From: Salpingoeca rosetta
Lineage: Eukaryota; Protista; Choanoflagellata
DNA: 64,000 nucleotides
Direction of reading: 5' to 3'
NCBI GenBank assembly: GCA_033442325.1
Contig: JAWQFM010000021.1
Span: forward strand, 155,840 to 219,839
In this document: piece by piece, positions 58,195 through 64,000 of the stretch
Numbering within the stretch: position 1 is the first letter of the stretch
Layout: each line of letters opens with the position of its first letter
The notes under the pieces: model-generated
The model's database searches: none
What the model was told of the DNA's origin: nothing
Seen by the model: only the letters and a program-made list of their open reading frames with translations
Made by a program: the position numbers and the translations under genes

Positions 58195-58950
58195 AACCCA
58201 TCAGCGCCACTCACTGTTTTCCTTCGAGCTTCTGCAGCTTGCGCTCGAGGTTTGCAATCTGAAAGTCGAGCTGGTACATGAGCTGCGCCTGCTTGGACAG
58301 GTCCTTTTCCATCGTGCGGATGCGTGCCTGCGCCTTGGCGTTGGCGGCCTCGCTGCCCTTGAGCTCCTGCGACAACCGCGCGTGCTCTTCTTCAAGCTGT
58401 TTCACCCGCTCTGCCGCCTTAAACTGCACCTGACGCATTGCCGCCACCTCCTTCAGGATGGACTCTTGCTCCCTCTCCTCCCCCTCCAACAGCTGCGCTA
58501 GCTGCTGCTCGCGCTCCTCAGCCGTCAGCTGCCGCTTCTGCATGGATGTGATGTTCTCCCTGGCCTTGGCCACCTCCTGCTCAAGATCATCACACCGGCG
58601 TGTCCGCTCAACCAGCTGCTTCTGCAGGGACGTCAGCTCCGCCTTCTTCGCCGACAGGTCCGTGGCCGTCTTGGACAGGGTGATTCGCAGCGTACGCAGC
58701 TCGTCCGTGTATGTGTCCAGCTGCTTCTCCTCCCGCAGTTGGTGCTCGCGGGCCTTGAGCATGCGCCGCTCGGTCATGTTCACCTCCGCCTCAACCTCGC
58801 GGTTCGTCTTCTTCTGCTCGGCGAGAAACGCGTCCTTCTCCCGAATCAGCGCATCCTGCAGAGAGGGAGTGTTTTTGTGTTTGTGTGAGTGTGAGTGAGT
58901 TTGTGAGTGTGTGTGTGAGAGAGAGAGAGACAGAGAGAGAGAGAGACAGA

Positions 58951-58986
<36 letters not shown>

Positions 58987-60349
58987 TTGAGAGAGAGAGT
59001 GTGTGTGTGTGTGTGTGTGTGCGTAGTCGTTCGGTTGGAGCTCAGGAATTAAATCGGAAATGCCAAGGTTCGCCCACGTGTGCAAAGTTGAACCAGAAAC
59101 GCACGTGCCATCTCTTCCAATCTCAACACATCCCTTCATCGCCGTTCCCCCGCCCCCTCAACCAAACACCACACAGTTCTGCCACTCACGTTCTCTGCAA
59201 TGTGCTGCCTGAGGTTCGCGAATGCTTCTGCCTCTGTTGTGATTTCCTGGTCCCTCTCCTCCATCTTGGCAATCACGCCCTCCCACAGGCCCGTGATCTC
59301 CTGCTGCTGCTCGTGCAGCTTTGCATACTCCTCGCTCGCCTTGTCAAGCCCTACGGTGTGCGTGCGTGAGTGCGTGCATGTTGGTGAGTGAGTAATGGTG
59401 TATGTTGGTGAGGAAGTGTGTGCGTGCGTGTGTGCGTGCGTGCGTGTGTGCGTGTGTGCGTGCGTAGTGCTGTGAAGGTGTGTTTGCGGCATGGGCGTCG
59501 AAGAATACAGCAAAAAAAAAGGAGTTGAGGCCGTGACGTGAAAGCACAACTGTGTCGTGTGACGGTGCACTGAGCGACTTCCTCACCCATGCGCTGCGCC
59601 TGGGTCTCCATGACTTGATGCTCCAAATCACGGCGTGCCTGCAAAACAGCAGCGTGTGAGGTGGGTGAAAAAGCACAAAATACACGCACACACACACAGG
59701 CACAAACAGGTAGACACGCAAACAGACGCACACACATACACACACACACAGGCAGGCACGCAAACAGACGCACACACATACACACACACAGGCAGGCACG
59801 CAAACGGACGAACACTGACACACACACACACTGACACACGCGCGCACACAGCCCCCNNNNNNNNNNNNNNNNNNNNNNNNNNNNNNNNNNNNNNNNNNNN
59901 NNNNNNNNNNNNNNNNNNNNNNNNNNNNNNNNNNNNNNNNNNNNNNNNNNNNNNNNNNNNNNNNNNNNNNNNNNNNNNNNNNNNNNNNNNNNNNNNNNNN
60001 NNNNNNNNNNNNNNNNNNNNNNNNNNNNNNNNNNNNNNNNNNNNNNNNNNNNNNNNNNNNNNNNNNNNNNNNNNNNNNNNNNNNNNNNNNNNNNNNNNNN
60101 NNNNNNNNNNNNNNNNNNNNNNNNNNNNNNNNNNNNNNNNNNNNNNNNNNNNNNNNNNNNNNNNNNNNNNNNNNNNNNNNNNNNNNNNNNNNNNNNNNNN
60201 NNNNNNNNNNNNNNNNNNNNNNNNNNNNNNNNNNNNNNNNNNNNNNNNNNNNNNNNNNNNNNNNNNNNNNNNNNNNNNNNNNNNNNNNNNNNNNNNNNNN
60301 NNNNNNNNNNNNNNNNNNNNNNNNNNNNNNNNNNNNNNNNNNNNNNNNN

Positions 60350-60420
<71 letters not shown>

Positions 60421-61297
60421 GTCACTTCATGTACAACATATCGAGACAACGACCCATGTTATGCTATCCCTGTCCCTGCCGCTTCACACGCACCATCCAC
60501 TTGTTGAGCTCTGTCTCGTCCCACTTCATGTCCTCCTTGATGTCGTCGAGGGTCTGCTTGGCCTTGAGGATGCTGTTCTGGTTGTTGTTGATGCGGTCTG
60601 TGATGGTCTTCACTTCCTGCTGCACGCGTGTTATCTCCTTTTGCAGCTGCCGCTCTGTTTGTTGGCCTGTGCGCATGTGGTCACGTGGCATGAGCACAGT
60701 GTGCATGTTCATAGGCCAAAGTGCGAGTGTCCCACAAGCACCCATCCACGCTGACACCTACACACATCCCCACTCGCTCATTCGCATGAACGCACTCGAC
60801 AGTCCAACTTACACATTTGGATGAGGTGCGACTCATTGCCGTGCTCGCGCTTCTTTGCTTGCAGCAGAGCCTGCAATGATACACAACACAACACGCATGA
60901 GGTGGTGCGAATGATATACTGTCAACACTCACCGACACACATGCATCACACGCACAAACAGACACCGCCACATAGGCAGACATACAGACACCACCACATA
61001 GGCAGACATACGGACAAATACACACACGCAGACGCAGACACACACTGCACACACGCACAGCCGCCGCACCTGGGTGTGCTGGATCTCCTGCTGAACATTC
61101 TTAAAGTGGTCGGAGAGGGCTTTGGCCCTGTTCTCGCTGGCCTCCAGCTCTGCCTCAACGCTGAGGAGCTTCTTCTCGGCCTGTTTCACCTTCTTGTCCA
61201 GCTCTTTGTTGCCGGTGTTGGCCTCAAACAGGTCCGTGCCATCATCAGCATCGCTGTCATCGTCCAGCAAGTCCATCGACGACCGTCGGCGCGACAT
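54671..61297 (-). CDS. CCDC39: Coiled-coil domain-containing protein 39 (axonemal 96-nm ruler, FAP59); multi-exon, spans an N gap
   Basis: [68 protein letters not shown] and HFKNVQQE match the CCDC39 consensus as I recall it. Confidence 0.88.
55345..55435. repeat. (AAAC)n microsatellite
   Basis: Directly visible. Confidence 0.9.
59857..60349. other. Assembly gap; 100-N gaps also at 6850-6949, 13950-14049, 22428-22527 and 31101-31200
   Basis: N runs flanked by microsatellite-rich sequence. Confidence 0.98.
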
Positions 61298-61811
61298 CTT
61301 GTGGGCACAGAGGGCGTCTTTTCCTGGTCACGGGTTCTCTCTGTTTGGGATGTCCTCCACGTTTGCAACTGCTGCTCCCTGTCCTCTCCTCTTGTCTTGA
61401 TCCCTCTCTCCCTCACACACTCTCCCCGTCTGTCTGTCTTTCTTGCACGAGCGTCTTGCTGTCTTCCCTGCTCCACACCTCTCCCTGCTGCTCGTCTGTT
61501 GTGTTTGTCCTTTTTCAACAGCCGGGGTTGGCAAGAAACGTCTTTTGTACAAAGATATCAGCCATATTTCCACGACAGCCCGCTGTGTGTGTGTGTGTGG
61601 ATATCGCCTCATCTCTTCTCTTGCTTGTTGTTTGCTTGTTTCTCCACTCCACCTCCACCCCCTTCACACCCTCCATCCATTCCACCACTTGCCACCCCCT
61701 CACCTCCACCGCGTCCTCTCTCGCCCATTCTAGTGTCGCACAAACAAACAAGCAACAAACACACGCAACACAACACACGCAACACAACACACGCAACACA
61801 ACACACGCGGC

Positions 61812-62519
61812 ATGTGGGGCCAGCAGAAGAAGAGCGGGTGCGATGGCCAGTGCTGCAGGCACGAGCCCGCAAACCCAAGCTTGCACCGCGCACACCAGCA
61901 GTACTCCAGTGCCACCGGCAGAGGCGCAGGAGGCGCCGGCAGCGGCACCGGGCCAGATCCCTTTGTGCACGACAAGTCCCAGCTCCCCGGCTTGCGCGGC
62001 CTTGCGGTGCGGACGAACATTGCCGAGTTTGAGGCCCTGCTTCGCGCAGGCCAGTTCCCCTTCACAGGCAACGTGGACGGCACGACCTTGCTGCACACGG
62101 TGGCGGAGTTTGGCATGCTGGAGCACGTCAAGGCGCTGGTGGCCAAGGGCGCGGACGTCAACGCCATTGACGTGCGCGGCGTGACGCCGCTGCACATTGC
62201 CACGCAGTTCGGACATGAGGAAGTTGTGGAGGAGCTTGTTGCCTCCGGCGCCGACATTGCGCTGGAGATGAAGGGCAACACGGGAAGCAGCGTCCTGTCC
62301 CAGATGCTCGGGCTGTCGCACGCGCCGCGGGCCATCGACGTCGCCAAAACGGTGGCACAGGACAGCAACACCGACGCAGACACACGCGCAGCAGCACTTC
62401 GCATTCACGACAAGCTGGACCGCATCTCCTGCTCGTCCTTGCCGGATGGTTCTCCCTCTTCCTCCTCTTCTTCTTCGTCTCTTGCTTTCTGTAACCTCGA
62501 AGCCTGCACCATCTCCTAG
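61812..62519 (+). CDS. Small intronless ankyrin-repeat protein
   Basis: GTTLLHTVAEFGMLEHVKALVAKGADVNA and GVTPLHIATQFGHEEVVEELVASGADI. Confidence 0.85.
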   Translation: MWGQQKKSGCDGQCCRHEPANPSLHRAHQQYSSATGRGAGGAGSGTGPDPFVHDKSQLPGLRGLAVRTNIAEFEALLRAGQFPFTGNVDGTTLLHTVAEFGMLEHVKALVAKGADVNAIDVRGVTPLHIATQFGHEEVVEELVASGADIALEMKGNTGSSVLSQMLGLSHAPRAIDVAKTVAQDSNTDADTRAAALRIHDKLDRISCSSLPDGSPSSSSSSSSLAFCNLEACTIS

Positions 62520-62710
62520 CATGCACGTGCCATGGGTGTGTGTGTGTGTGTGTGTGCTACCTGTGCTTTGTGTTGTGCTATGTGCTTTATTGCTTTGTTG
62601 CTGCTGCTTTGTTCTTCTTTTGCTTCCTTGTTGCCTGCTTGCTTCCTTGTTGCTTGACCACCAAATCAAATCTCATCAACAACATCATCATCGCCGTTGA
62701 TTGTCTCGTG

Positions 62711-64000
<1,290 letters not shown>

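Noticed and set aside
57249-58898. Long antisense ORFs over CCDC39 and other exons
   Set aside because: They are shadow ORFs from GC-rich codon usage and have no recognisable motifs.

Overview
Eukaryotic, gene-dense genomic DNA with short GT-AG introns full of (GT)n/(CA)n microsatellites. Style and gene content suggest a choanoflagellate such as Salpingoeca rosetta (inference, not verified). I reconstructed 15 protein-coding genes by hand from splice sites: a giant protein with at least 12 PH domains and a probable CaaX end; a TKL kinase with a Dishevelled-like DEP domain; an atypical PTP; two tandem TDP2-like EEP phosphodiesterases; a 904-aa fusion of a fold-type-II PLP enzyme with an SPPF-type amino-methyltransferase; a mucin-like type I receptor; a complete SHIP2-like 5-phosphatase; an hnRNP U-like protein with a La motif; a mini TALE-like homeobox protein; a membrane-anchored ROX-type JmjC protein; a RING protein; CCDC39; an ankyrin protein; and a Ser-type sulfatase. 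The best candidate for an undescribed system is the intron-containing PLP-enzyme/amino-methyltransferase fusion (21635-25147). It resembles phage and giant-virus base-modification enzymes and lies co-oriented next to two TDP2 paralogs. There are five N gaps. No RNA genes, CRISPR arrays or recognisable transposons were seen.
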